Part shown: positions 24,960 to 38,371 of the stretch, in pieces
How positions within the stretch are numbered: position 1 is the stretch's first letter
Layout: every line of letters starts with the position of its first letter
NCBI RefSeq assembly: GCF_964204645.1
Contig: NC_134027.1
Coordinates: forward strand, 22,530,560 to 22,594,559
Direction of reading: 5' to 3'
DNA length: 64,000 bases
From: Tubulanus polymorphus
Taxonomy: Eukaryota; Animalia; Nemertea
Notes under the pieces: generated by a model
Told to the model about the DNA's origin: nothing
Database searches by the model: none
The model's input: only the letters and a program-made list of their open reading frames with translations
Position numbers and translations under genes: made by a program

Positions 24960-27900
24960 ATATATATAAGATTGACTTTACGTGAGGGAACTGGCCCTCA
25001 ATTTCATTGAACTGTTATTTCCAGACTGATGGTACCTCAAAGTGTGAAAAGCCCCTTAAAACCTGATTGGCTGGTCTTGTTCTGTAGAACTATAATAGTT
25101 AATGTCAGTGGCCCTATTTTTCAGAAAAAGCGCATTTTCTTATCAAATAAACTTGATATTGATATTTCATCATATGCGTATGATGGCTCTACAGTTACAT
25201 ACGTATATATCAGAAAAGCCATTGAGCATTATATTACTATGTACAAAATCAATAATCAAGATCAATAAGTTGATTGTATGTTTGTATATATTTGATTGGT
25301 TACAGTAATACCTCCACGTTATCACTGGACGACAGCTTTATTGCTTTTCTGTTTGTGATAAATCATCGATGATATTTCCATTTGCTGTATTAATGAAAAG
25401 ATCAAAGCTTTAAGATAATAAAGGCCTATCCATCAACCAAATGAAATAAACGTTTATGGGTCAAATTCAAATGAATAGAGGTCGTTGTTTTTACGCAAAA
25501 TTTGTTAAAACGCCTAATTATGTTTCTTTTGTGCTGAGCAAGTAGAGGCCCTTCTCCACCTTCGCTTTAGCTGGGTAAAGGCCTCAGTCAATAATAAAGT
25601 AAAGTGATTTTCATGTTTATATGTTTCGATGTTTAATTTTGTGCTATCGCATATACTATATGATATAGGGTAAAACAAGAAACAAGCCGAGCAATTAAAA
25701 GCAACAGCTAAGATCGATTTTAAAAGTCTGAAATAGTTATGAAGAACCAGATTTTTTTTGAAACCACATATTTATATGTGCACCTATATAGAAAAAAAAA
25801 CAACTAACCTTAATCATTTTTCCTAGAATTTTGGATGTTCGTCCATCCTGCGGATCAATCAAAATAGTATTTGATAGGATTGAATCCTATGTGAGAACTC
25901 TTGTATTTTTTAAAAGGGAATAAAAAAGAATTTCAAGTCACGTTGCGCTAAAATGATTGGTCTAGAATTTTTCCTGACACTTAGGGAGAGCACATGCCTC
26001 GGTGCTCCCTCCTAAATGTGCTTCTATTTTAGGAATTTCTTGCTTCACAGTCGGAGCCCTGTCCCAATACGTTATTATGATATACCCTAAATTTTGATTT
26101 CTTATTTTTCAGATATATCCGCAATTGGATGAAATTTGTCGCGAACGCGGCACGTATTTCTACCCGGTCGACTTACGATGGGACGACGCGTCGACTCAGG
26201 CCCAGTCCGGTATCATCCTGCCGCTCAGTCTCGATCTGATAAAACGATGTTCGCCGTTCTCGATTTGTCTGCTCGGCGATCGCTACGGTTACCACCGTCA
26301 GCCGGATGCGCCGACGCTCGGCGACGGGCACCTGTTCGACGGCGCCGACTGGCTTGAACGTAACCTCCTGCTCGCCGCGCAGAACGGCGACAAATGGGCG
26401 ATCAACGACGGACGCGAGTACTGCAGTTTCACCGAGTTGGAAATCATCGAGTCGGCGTTCTTCACCGACAACGAACACTGCCGCTTCTATTTCCGTCTAC
26501 AGGACTATCTGGACACGCTGTTCACCGATTTGCCAAAGCGGGAACGCGCCGCCGAGTTGGCGCGGTTCGAATGCGAGTCCGAGTACGCCGGATTGAAGAT
26601 CCGAGATCTGAAACAACGCATCGTCAAGAAGTGTTTGTCGGTGAAGTATTTCATAACGTTGGAAGAGTTGGGTCTGGCCGTGATGGAAGACTGGTTGGAA
26701 ATTATAAACATGCTTTTTCCGCCGCTTATAACCGATTCGGTGCTAGGACTGAGTGAGTATTTTGTTATAACAAGATAGGGGAAGCGGGTAGTCAGAGCGC
26801 AGAGTGTGGGGTTTTGTTTTTATGATCAGGTTGGGACAGGATGACTGAAGGAATGCTATAGGCCTACTAGTCCTAAGACTATGATTTACATAAGCCACAG
26901 TCGGCATGAGAGAGGGACAGAGAAATGGAAGGGATTGGATAGTCAGGCCTGAGAGAGTGGTTTAGTTTCATGATCAGGGAGAGAATGACAGTATACTCTC
27001 CCTAATAGTGAAACTAAACCACTCTCAAAGGTTCCATCTTTGTAAGAAGAATGAAGAGGCCCCTTTCAAAATAGTAAGAAATCTGGAAAAAGATTCTCCT
27101 TCTTTCTAGGTCTCGAAGAGGAATTGGAATTCTTAGCTCACGAAAGTTTCGCCCAAACTCGTCGCAAATGTTTTGTGTCGCTGCCCGAAACGGAGAAAAT
27201 CATCGACGAACTGACCGAGTTCGCGTTGACCTGTCAGGCCGATCCGTCGGAGACGGAGTTATCGCTTAAACCGACTACTCCGCTTTACGGTCACGGCAGA
27301 CGTCGCAAACCGATCTACCTCGAAAAACCGTCGATTCTGTTGTTGACGGGGTCGCGTGGAGCCGGTAAGTCGTCGGTGATCGCGACATGGATGGAAGAAT
27401 TTCGCACCGAATATCCGGAAATCTGTCTGTTGAGTCACTACGTAAGCAGTAGTCCGTCGAGCGCTGACATGTTGACTTTAATGAGGAGAATGATCATCAA
27501 TCTACGCAAAGAATTCTATTTGGAAAGTAAGTTCACTGTAGGCCTGTGTAAACATCATCAGGGCCCGATGCCACAGTCGAGACTTAACCTGCTAAAGGTG
27601 ATTTTTTTTGTAACTTCTTCGAAAAAGGAAAAAATCACCTATTAGCTATTTCAAAAGTGATTCCACTCAAACTTCTAAAACATATTTCAGAAACTATTTT
27701 GGCCCTATGTATTTATGTGGATAGAGCCAGTTTCTCAAAGCTGAGATTCAAAATCCATACAACATGAGAAGGCTCATCGACCACTTATCATCTACTGAAT
27801 CCTTGAAGTCAGTGAGGATGAGAAGATTGTCAATAGCAGCTAAATAATTTTACTTAATCGTTGAAGTCACTACGAATGAGAAAATTATCATTATTTTATT

Positions 27901-30900
27901 TTACTGACTCGTCAAATCTAATGCGGATATTATCATTTATTCGTCAACACTTTCAGGTGCTGAAAATGATAAGAAACTGTCGTGGGGCGATTCGACTGAT
28001 TTTATTCGCGTTGCCGAAGCGTTTGTGGCGGCGATGACAAGCGGTCCGTGTGTGTTAGTTATCGACGGTTTGGATGAGATCTCCGGAACTTGTGGTTTGA
28101 CCCACACTGAGGTACATGATAACGTATTCAAGGCCCGATCCAGGGGCTGATTATGAGGAACTTGTCATATCCCTAAGGAAAATTTGACGTCCAAAAAGGC
28201 AGTATTGGGCACACTGAAATTGCCAAATTTTCCTCATAAAAAATCACTAAAAAACTTCAATGACAAAATCTAATTTCTAGGGTTGCATAATCTGTTTAAC
28301 CCTTTCAGTGCGTCTTCACTGCAGTGCGGTGTATAAATCAGTGATAGATTTTGCTAGTACACCGCTTTACGGTGTATTGATGTAATTAATAATTATCAAT
28401 TATCTCTCTTGAAAAATGGCAGCACCTGTCAATTTTACAGTCGTATCAATTTAGAATTTCTGAAAAAGATCTCTAAAAGTCCTCTTCAGGCAGTCCGCAT
28501 GAGAACACTGCGGCTAGGCAAAAAACCCGTTATCGCTGTTTTGCGGCTATATTCATAATCGATTTTCTTTTTCCAGGTGAAATCGTTAGAATGGTTACCG
28601 ATTCCGTTGCCTCCGCAGTGTAAGATCATCATTTCGCTGTCGTCGTCGGATCAAGCGTTTCGACCGCTGACCGAACGCGCCGACACGAAAACGACGCGCG
28701 TACCGCCGCTCGCCGACCAAAACGAAACGATGCTCTTCATGCAGGAATATCTGTTCAACAGCGGCAAAATCCTGTCGCCGGCGCACAACCGCGTCATCCG
28801 TCAATCGCGGCTATCCGATTGGCCGTTGTATCTGGTGGCGTTGTGTCGCGAGTTGCGAACGGTGAACGTCTGGTTGCATCGCGATCTGTACATCGAACGC
28901 TACGCGGAACTCGGCAGCGTGCGCGAGTTGTGGACGCGAGCGATGCAGCGATGGACGCGAGATTTGAGCTGGAATACGGACGGACTACGAGTGGACCCTG
29001 CCACGCCTATTCCAGAAGTCGGTAAGGTTATAATGATAATAATAGTCATTTATATAGCGCAGGTATCCAAACTAGAGTCAGTTCAAATGCGCTCCAAACT
29101 TGGTATTATTAGCCTATAACTATATCCATGTATGGGTTATATCTACAGAGCTACCAACTGTTTCTGTCTCATTTACCTTCTAACCCATTCACTTTGAGTG
29201 CGGTTGCATTATGTGGCGCACGGATTGCCAGGTGAAAAAAATCATTCATATAAAATGAAATCATCTATTTTTGATTGAGCCTTATTTATTATGATGCTTC
29301 CTTGATGAAACCCGTTCAGTGCGTCTACACTGCAATACAGTGTATAAATCGGTATTTGACTCTGCTAGTACACCGCATCCCGGTGTATTAATGTTATTAG
29401 TGATACGCGTTTATCTCTATTAAAAGATGGCAGCACCTGTCAAACAAGGTGAAATATAAGTAACTAACGATACACCGCACTGCGGTGTAGATGCACTATA
29501 GTGGTATGCCTGTTATACAACTCGCTGGGGGTGGAATTTTTTAACATTCTTAAGTTATTTGACTATTTTGCTGATACAACACGCTGGGGTGCGAATGGGG
29601 TGGAATCTCCAGCACTTTCTGGTATTAATTGTTCAGCATGGAAAGGATTAGTCACGGTAACAATCTTCTTTCATTTCGCGTCTTTGCAGAATTTTCCGGC
29701 TGGCTCGTCGACGCGCTGCGACTGATTGCGTGCGCCAGGCAGGGCCTAACGGAGGTCGAGGTGCAGACGTGTTTGAAGTTGATCGGATACGTGAACGAGT
29801 CGGCGGTCGGGCAGGTCGACTGGGCGATGTTTCGAAACGTGACGTGGGATTCGTTGATCGAACGGCCGGGCGGAATGTTTCAGTTTTTCCACCAACACCT
29901 ACGCGAAGCGGTCGAGTTCTCGCTGGTCGGTACGGTGTCGCCGCTCGGTCGCGATCTCAGCGTCGTCACGCCCGTCGGGCACGAAACGTGGAACAACGAG
30001 AAACAGAAATGGCATTCGTTGCTCGCGATGTTTTTCACAAAACAATCCGATTCGCCAAGAAAACAACAAGAGTTGCCGTGGCAACTATATCTCAGCGGAG
30101 ACCTTGCGAGTTTGCATACATTTTTGACTGATCCCAGGTAATTTGCATAATTTCAATTTTACTGATCCTGGTAATTTGCATAATTTCTATCTTTCTGATT
30201 CTGGTAATTTACATAATTTCCCTGATTGGCCCCAGGTTATTTGCATGATTTATTTTTTACTGACCTCAGGTAATTTGCATATATCTATTTTACTGATCCC
30301 TCATAATTTGCATTGTTCAAATTTCTTTGACTGATCCATGACTGGCCCATTTGACTGATAAATGATTCGCCATCAAGTATAATCCCCTTCTTTCTTATTT
30401 CAATGCAGGTATTTTCTGGCGATGGTTCGCGAGAAAAACGTCGACAAAAACAAAGAACTAGTCAATTATTGGAAAGGACTTGAAAATGCCGGCTACAGCG
30501 CAGTCGTCGCCTACGAAGATATGATCAACTCAATGAAGAATACTCAAAAAAATGTAAGTAAAATTTCAAAATCACAGAAAGTATCATCTGACAGATATCA
30601 TATCAGATTTAAGGCTTTAGAAACTGCTGCGTAATCTGGCACTGACTTAGTTCTTTGGATTTTTCATGGACATTTGCCAAAACTACGTTGCAATAATTGT
30701 CAAGTTTGAAAATCATGACTCGGTTTGTATCAATGTGGATATTGTTCAGACAAAGTTTGTAGTTTGTTAAAATCTGTGTTGTTAAAGGTCAGCCCTTTGT
30801 CTAGTGGGGTGGCTCCGGGTAGACTTAGTTTCCATGTGGCGGCAACAAATGTCAACCATAGAGACTTCATTTACGGTATTCATCGTGGTTTTTAAGGCTG

Positions 30901-33900
30901 ATGATTGCGATGAAGAGGAAGAGGAATTGGTCGGCCATGACGATGCAGATGACGAGAAGGAGGAAAATGAGAATCTGATGTCGGTGTCGCCGCAACCACC
31001 ACCGGAATTATCCGAAGTCGGAATCGTTAATATCCAATCGGATTTGTCCGTCATTGAGGAACGGCATAGTTTAGAAGGAAGCACGATTTCAGCGGGTCAG
31101 GTACGTTCACACTCATACTGAGGTTTCACTTGTAAATGAAATTGTTGAAATCATCATTTCTTAGTTAATCCTCTTTCGTGCAACTGGGTCCTGGTAATCT
31201 ATTTAGGTCCGTAGTGTCAATTTCAGGGAAACCTCAGGGAATTCTCTTTCCTTTAGAAAATTCAGGGAATTATTATCGATGCATTATGTCTTTCAATATT
31301 TTCATCCTTATCTATGAAACATTGTGAATTTCTATCTCTGCAAAATAATATTTGGATTACTTTCTACTTATGTTTGACTTGAGGCAGTTATTTGAAGAAA
31401 TTATTTTTCAAAAAGTTTTAAACGTTATTTTGTAACTCCGCTATGACATCATCATCAAGTAGGGATTTCTTCCACTGAAATCTATGTTGTTCACATTGTC
31501 TATTTTATCAAAATCAATTTCTTAATTTTTGTTATTATTTAGAATGAACAAATTGGAGATGCAGCGTTCAAAACCAGAACTGAAACTGAAAATAAAGCAG
31601 AGGTGATCCCTACTGCTGATTTACTGGAAACTTCAACAGATCAACAAAATGGTTCGTAGAAATTATGAAATTGATTATCTTGGCGAAACACTCTGAGTTC
31701 GTGTTGAAATGATGATATGGTAGAATCCCACAATAGAAAAAAGTATAATGAGTCCGAAAGGTTTCCTTCAACCCACACTCTGACGTAGAAAATCGATAAT
31801 GAGTTTAAAAGATTATGAATCTTTTTTAATCTTTTAAATGCTGTATATGGCGGGTTTTAAACTTATTTCTTCAGCTTTAGTTCATTTGAAGATGAAGATG
31901 AAGATTTTCATTTTGAAGATGACTATTACAATATAGCAGAAACGTCGTTTAAGCTCAAAGAAATCTTTCAGACTCAATTTCCTTATTTGTGTTGTGTGGG
32001 ATTTTACGGTATTAAATCGTATAAACTTCACTAGACCGAAGAAATTCATGAATAATCTTGACCAATTTCCACAAAGACTTTGCTCTGCTGGAATCAAAAT
32101 TAGTACTATATTTTCAAATACATGTATTAATGATATTATTTAATTCAGTAATTCAAGTCTGCAGTGAAATTTTTTAGGCAGGTTTCAATTGAACGGATCA
32201 AAAATTCTCTACCCGTCGCTTCTATCAGATTTATGGATTATGTTATTCTGGAACAGGTACAGCATATCGTTGTCGAAAGAAACATAGAGAATTCTGGATC
32301 ACAAATCGAAACCTGCCTCGACTTGCAAATGCGAAGCTCTGATCCTGTTTGATAGAAACTTTGAATGTAACTCCATCTTTATATCGTAATTTAATGATAT
32401 AGTTACAGATTCTGCAACATTCTCGGTACAGGAGAGAGCCTATTTGGCATTCTACGCTGGCCAGTTGTTGATGGATCTTAAACACGAAGCAGATGGTGAA
32501 AAAATGTGGTTACGTTCTCACGAGCTTCTCTCGAAGGTATGCACTAATGTACCTACGTTGTTCTAAAACCTGATTTCTTTTGGAATGCTGGGCCCAGTTT
32601 AACCCTTTCAGTGCATCTACACCGCAGTGCGGTGTACGAATCAGTGGTGATGGATTATGCTAATACACCGCACTGCAGTGTATTTATTTAATTAGTAATT
32701 ACTAATTATCTGTCTTGAAAGATGGCAGCACCTGTCAAACATAGTGAAATATTAGTAACCAACGATATACCGCGCCAGGGTGTAGACGCGCTATAGTGCT
32801 ATTCCCGTTATTCAACACACTAGGGTGGAATTTTTCAAAATTTTCAAATTATCTTCAGCACTATGGGGTATTAATTAGCCAGCACTGAAAGGGTTAACGA
32901 AAAAGTGACTACATGGATAACGTACTCAAAATTAAGTCGAGAAGATACATGATATTCATGTAAAATTTATATATTTGAGCAATATTTCGGCTAAAGACAA
33001 AGATTTGTGTTTGAAAATTTTCTAGAACTATCCGCTGAAAGAAGACGGATTGATTTTGGAAATCAATCTGGAAGATATGATCGGGAATCTTTGTTTGGAT
33101 CGACACCAGTTCGAAGAAGCTGAACTGTGGTTTACTCGCGGTCTGCACAACGCAAACGACATCCTTCAACTTTACGACGACAGCTGCAAGAAATCGGCTG
33201 TCCTCGAAACAAAAGGTTTTTAAATCATATCGCCTAATATTGCGAGTACTGTCTGGATCCAATACTGACAATTGAGCAACTTGAGCTTGCTTTACAAATA
33301 GGAATTTAGATTGTTGGTTATATGAAATACACTCATACTGGAAACGTTTTATGTAGGTTTCTTATTGAATAAGTTGGGCTACATGAAATTGCAAAACAGC
33401 AACGATGTGGAAGCCATTGAGAATTTACTGACGTCTGCCAAAACCTGTATGGACGAAGCTTGCAGCAATAAAGGCAAATCGGCAGTTCTTTTCAATCTAG
33501 CGTTGTTGAGGTAACAGCAATTTATAACAGCAGAATCTTGTTATAACGACCTCGGATATTGGCTTACATCGTTTATTACAAACCAAGAATTTCATCTCAA
33601 GTAGAATAATTTCAACGATTTCATACTTATTATCATCCTCCCTAATATCACATGTCTATGTTTTTTATTTTAGTCAGTTTAATTGAGGGTATTTAGTCAA
33701 ATAGAAATTTCATCAATTTTTGTTCCTTACGTTTATACGTTCAGAATAAAACAAGCCAATTATCAAATCGCTGAATTATCGCTGAGGGAAGTATTGAGTT
33801 CGCGTCAAAAATGGTACGGTAAATCACACCCTCTGGTGGCAGACGCCCTTTATGAATTATCGCGGCTGAAATGTGACGAACGTAATGAAGAGTTGTAAGT

Positions 33901-35912
33901 ATCGTTATTTCATTGCATTAAGTTTTCCGAGGTCTCGTCCACAATGTTTCACGGCAGGGGCCGTATTTAAACACTGGTTTTCAAAAAACGATGGTTTTGA
34001 ATTGTTTTATTTTCTAGCTATAGTTGGGACCAAGCAGAGGAGAACTATCGCCAATGTTTGATAATCAGGGAACAATGTCTCGGAAAAACTCACCCAGATG
34101 TTGCCAAAACATTGTTTGAATTAGGTAAATTATAACTAAAACCACATTGTATTCAGAAAATAAGAGAAATTTACTACTAACCGTTCACACTTAATCCAAC
34201 CTGCCAAGAATTTTTCGCATAAGTGCCTAAAAGTGTGTGATATTACACTCTACAATACATACTTATTTTCATTGTCATTTTAAGTCCTATTTACATTTGA
34301 AATTTGTTTTTCAATTGATTGGCCATTATACAGTTATGTTTGATATTTGTATAGGTTTGGTCGAGTCATGACCATAGTACGTACTTATGCCTTATTACAT
34401 ACAAACACTAGTAGATTTTGCTAACATTAATGGCTGTAATTTGCAGGCAAATTGTTGAAGTCCAGCGGCAGTCTGACTCATAAATCAGAAGGGAAAACTC
34501 TGCTCAGAAGGTCGCTAGACATTCGAACGACATTGTTAGGTAAGAGAAATTTATGAATTAAGAAAGAACTTTGGATTAACAATATCTATCGCAATCGCGT
34601 AAGCATACTTGCTAGGATTTGTGTTTGGATACAGTTAGGGTACATTCACTCAAAAATTGAGTTGACTTAAGTAATGCGATGACTTATTTGATGTTGACTT
34701 AAACTAAGTCCAACTGTAATAGATATTAAAAAATCTTTGGAAATATGGAAGTGAGACAAGTATTTCACCATCCTCCATCTGCAGAGATTCCAACCTGATG
34801 GCATCGGGACCCACCATGGCATGAAACCCTGCCTGCCTGCCAAATGCGCAGGTACATGCTGCATGAAAACATGCGGTGCCATTCAGATTGCCTGTTCTGC
34901 AATTACTGAGAGAAATTCATGGATAGCTATAAATAGAATAGTCCAGTCCTAAATGAAGCAAATTATCTCTGATTGGGTTGTTAAGACATAATGGCTAAGT
35001 ACCTGCACACTGGGGGTAATCAAACAAAGTCGCTAATCGAAACGCTCCACAAAACGAAGAATTTCCGTTCTATCAATTTCAGGCCCGAATCACAATTTGA
35101 CGAAACAAACTCGAAAACAGTTGAGCGAATTGTCGCAAGAACTGAAGCTCGGATTGTACGACTACGGCCCGGCGAAACCGGCCGACAACCGCAGCAAACA
35201 GTTCCCGTTCAGCTCGCTTACGTGGCACGAGAACGAACTTTCCGAACTCGAACAACGGTCGAAAAGTCGAAAATCGCAGCGTCATTTCGCGAAAGAGAAA
35301 TACAGCGTCGCCAGTTCGTACATCGAGTACCCGTCAGAGGATAAAGCGAGCGTGGACGATAAAACTCAACTCGAATTCGGCGCCGGAGATTTTAGACAAA
35401 AGTCTAATAGTAATAATAATAATAAATCGGACGCCGGTTCGCAGTTGAGTTTAGAAAAGATGGCCGCGCGATCGACGCAATCGTCGAAGGATAATAAGTC
35501 GCGATTGCTGCCGAATCGGGAAGCTTTCGAAATCAAGCTGAAATACCCGGAAGAAGAATTAGTGATCGATTCGGCGCGCGTAAGCAGCGCACGTAGTCGA
35601 ACCGGAGCAGAAATGCGGGTCGCCGTCCCGAATCCGAAACACGCGAATCCGATGTTCTATTCGCAGATTCTCGCCGGCGGTGGCGATGGGGGTTATTACT
35701 TCGATAACTACGCGCGAGAGATCGAGAGCGTCTACGCGAAGACGGTCGATGAAGCGGAGGAGTCGGAACCGTGGGCTCACGTGAAACCGCGCGTTCCGTC
35801 TGCTCGGTTTCACCGCGAATATCGCCAGACGTCATCGGCGACGACTCCGCGATATCGGCCGCACAGCGCGCCGAATGAACTATTCGCGAAGTACCAACAA
35901 CGCGCGAAATAG
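23067..35912 (+). CDS. TTC41: TTC41/GNN-like protein: DUF4062-like N-terminus, NACHT-like P-loop NTPase, TPR repeats; ~1432 aa (1580 aa if the TAG at 35910 is bypassed)
   Basis: Phase-consistent exons: 23067-23150, 26113-26752, 27110-27526, 27957-28111, 28577-29021, 29690-30137, 30409-30553, 30897-31100, 31543-31651, 32409-32536, 33026-33215, 33357-33510, 33745-33894, 34018-34124, 34447-34539, 35083-35912. N-terminus [43 protein letters not shown]; Walker A GSRGAGKS; Walker [11 protein letters not shown]; TPR motifs [11 protein letters not shown] and [12 protein letters not shown]. Head-to-head with HSP90B1. Probable non-coding exon 1 with donor at 21462. Confidence 0.8.
24826..24968. repeat. 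(TA)n microsatellite
   Basis: About 140 bp of near-pure TA repeat. Confidence 0.98.
30121..30335 (+). repeat. ~32-bp minisatellite copying the TTC41 exon-6/intron junction
   Basis: About 6 degenerate units of TTTACTGATCC(C/T)(A)GGTAATTTGCATAATT. Confidence 0.8.
32599..32897. mobile_element. piggyBac-like MITE family A
   Basis: TTAA TSD on both sides; TIR CCCTTTCAGTGC...GCACTGAAAGGG. Confidence 0.9.
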
Positions 35913-37736
35913 TCGGTCAGTTCGAGGTCCTCATCGGCGGCGAAAATAGCCGTCGCCACGACGGACAGACGACGCAAGCAATTTTTCGCGCATACGCTGG
36001 AAGCGACGAAAATTCACCAAGGTCGCTGCCGCGTTCCGCAAGCGCACGATATCCGCGCGGAGACGACTACGACGGTTATGTACGGTCCGAATAGCACGTT
36101 GATTAGTCTGCTCGGCCCGCCTCGTTGCCCGCGTGACGTCGGGCGCCGCATACACCATCTGACGGCTTGGTATCACGTGCCCGGGCGGTACCGCACGACC
36201 GATAAACCGTTGCCGGCGAAGAGGTCTCAATCGCGCGTTAACAGCGGTAGCAGTCCACGGGTCGTCGTTGCGAAAGGCGAGGTCGACGAAGAGGCGTCGA
36301 AAGCTGAACATTCCGTTAAATTCAAAGAACGCACAGTGGAAATAGCCGCTCGTTAGAAAATGTTGATGAGATCGTTTTTCAAAAAGCATCTTCTAATAGA
36401 AGTGAAGAAAAGATTTGTTGCGATTTGTTGCAAATGTCATTTTGTCAATCTGAAAAAAGCTTTCGTGATTTTCTGTGATATTTTAAACGAAACTTTTGTC
36501 CCGATTTTCTTTCGAAATTGAAGAAAATTGTTTCGTGATTTTCTGTCTGATTAAACAAAACTTCTGTGATAGAAAAAAAGAACATGGAAGTGAGTTTTGA
36601 GTTTTTCCGAGGAAATGTTTGATATTAATTGTTTCTGTCCTTTGGAACAAAACATTCGTTGCGTTTTTCTGACAAGTTGAGTGAAAATATTTGTTGTGAT
36701 TTTAGCTAATGATTTTCCTTCTGCCAAAATATCCTTGTTGAAGTTACTCAAACTCTTTCACAAAAAGTGGATTCAGTTCCGCGCTAGCATAAGAGCATCT
36801 TTAGATGACTCGTTTCTGTCGACGTTCTGTTAGGATTTCTACAGAAAAAGGAAATTGTTACATCATTGTACTGTGTAGACTTAGCTGATATTTTTACCGA
36901 CTAGCTTTCAAAAACGATATATTTTATTTAGTTGATGCGTGTGTATTGTTTTAAACATAACCGACGCGTGTGCGTGTCATAAAATACCAAAATATGAAAT
37001 ACCAAACAGAAATATTGTTTTGTCTTATTTTCTGTCTGCCGTCATCTTGTTGTTAATGCGTTATATATTTGACCGACGAATTTACATGAAATGCTTTGTT
37101 TTTTAAAGATATAGAACCGATTTACTTTATACATTTACATTTATATATTTTTACACACAATGTGTATAAGAGTGGTTTATACAGTTAATTTTTGTTATTA
37201 TCAATATTATTATTATTATTATAACATGAAATCATGTATCAAAAGCTTTGAAGAAATATAGATTGTTTTCGATAATTTAAATTTATTTACTTAGTTGTTT
37301 TATTCGTTCTTAATGGATTTTCAAAACAGATTTTAGAAGCATTTAAAGACTATCTCTAAGTGCGCACAGCAAGAATTTAATCTGAGCCACGAAACTGATT
37401 TCTGTTCACGTGGTTTGATGATGCGGTTCATCCATCATCACTCGCAGGGAAACAAGAAACTCTGAAACAAACCTACAGTGCCACTATTACAGTGGAACCT
37501 TGTTGTAATGACTATGGATAAAACAAACCTAGAATTTTGTCTGAAATAGGACAATTTAGATGATTTCATACTGGATATCATGAATGATTGGTTATAGCGA
37601 ACATATTTTCTGGTCCCCTTGTTCGTTAAAACAAGATTCCTCTGTAGTTGTGATGAAAAAATTGATAGGTTGTGCGTCAGTGTTTTTCATTTAGCCATTA
37701 TTGGTTTCACGAAAGCATCAAGGTAAACTGTTTTTG

Positions 37737-37995
37737 CAGGGGTGGACCCAGGGCCCTGTCTCGAGGGGGTCCCAAATTATATAAGGGCACTCGCTATTAT
37801 GGGGAAGGGCACTTAAACTATGTAAAATCATGGCAAACAAGGGCACAACATCAAACTTGTGGTTTTCAAGGGCACTTACTATGCCCAATGAGGGCATTTT
37901 TACGTCAAATCCATGGATTTAGGAGCATCTCCAAGGGGCACAGACAAAGCTTGACGGTATTCCAAAACCCTCGGAACCCGCTGGATCCGCCCTTG
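37737..37995. mobile_element. MITE with CAGGGGTGGACCCAG-type TIRs and 5-bp TSD TTTTG
   Basis: Imperfect TIRs related to the 47176-47475 element; TTTTG on both flanks. Confidence 0.65.
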
Positions 37996-38076
37996 TTTTG
38001 GCTCTGCCGGGACTGATGACCGTGTATGGAGTTTTTCAGTAACAAGGTACATACCGGTAGCTGTTCTTGGATTGTT

Positions 38077-38371
38077 CCCTTAAGTATGGTGGCTGATAAC
38101 GGCCATAGCGAAAAATTTCAGGTATGCAAATCAGGGCGCCAGAACGCCAGAAGGAAAAAAATACGTCCAATTTTCTCTGAAAGTTCGTTTTGGCGCGCCC
38201 AAACAAAGAAAATTCTGTTTTGGCACCCCCGCTAAAACAACGAAAAACGTCGAAATTTCTCTAAAAATCTGTTTTGGCGGGGGCACCAAAATGGAATATT
38301 CTTTGTTTTGGCATGCAAAAACGAACTTTCAGAGAAAATTGGACCACCATATCAGCCACCATACTTAAGGG
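38077..38371. mobile_element. Foldback MITE with 22-bp terminal and internal inverted repeats
   Basis: CCCTTAAGTATGGTGGCTGATA ... TATCAGCCACCATACTTAAGGG; inner IR TCCAATTTTCTCTGAAAGTTCGTTT. Confidence 0.75.

Noticed and set aside
24743-25010. ORFs with long YIYIYI runs
   Set aside because: Translation of the (TA)n microsatellite.
26136-26756. Overlapping alternative-frame and antisense ORFs in GC-rich TTC41 exons (also 35079-36389)
   Set aside because: Expected from stop-poor, CG-rich coding sequence; no recognisable motifs.
31875-32035. Acidic open stretch ([15 protein letters not shown]) as an extra TTC41 exon
   Set aside because: The flanking exons join in phase without it and it needs a weak alternative donor; not supportable without RNA data.
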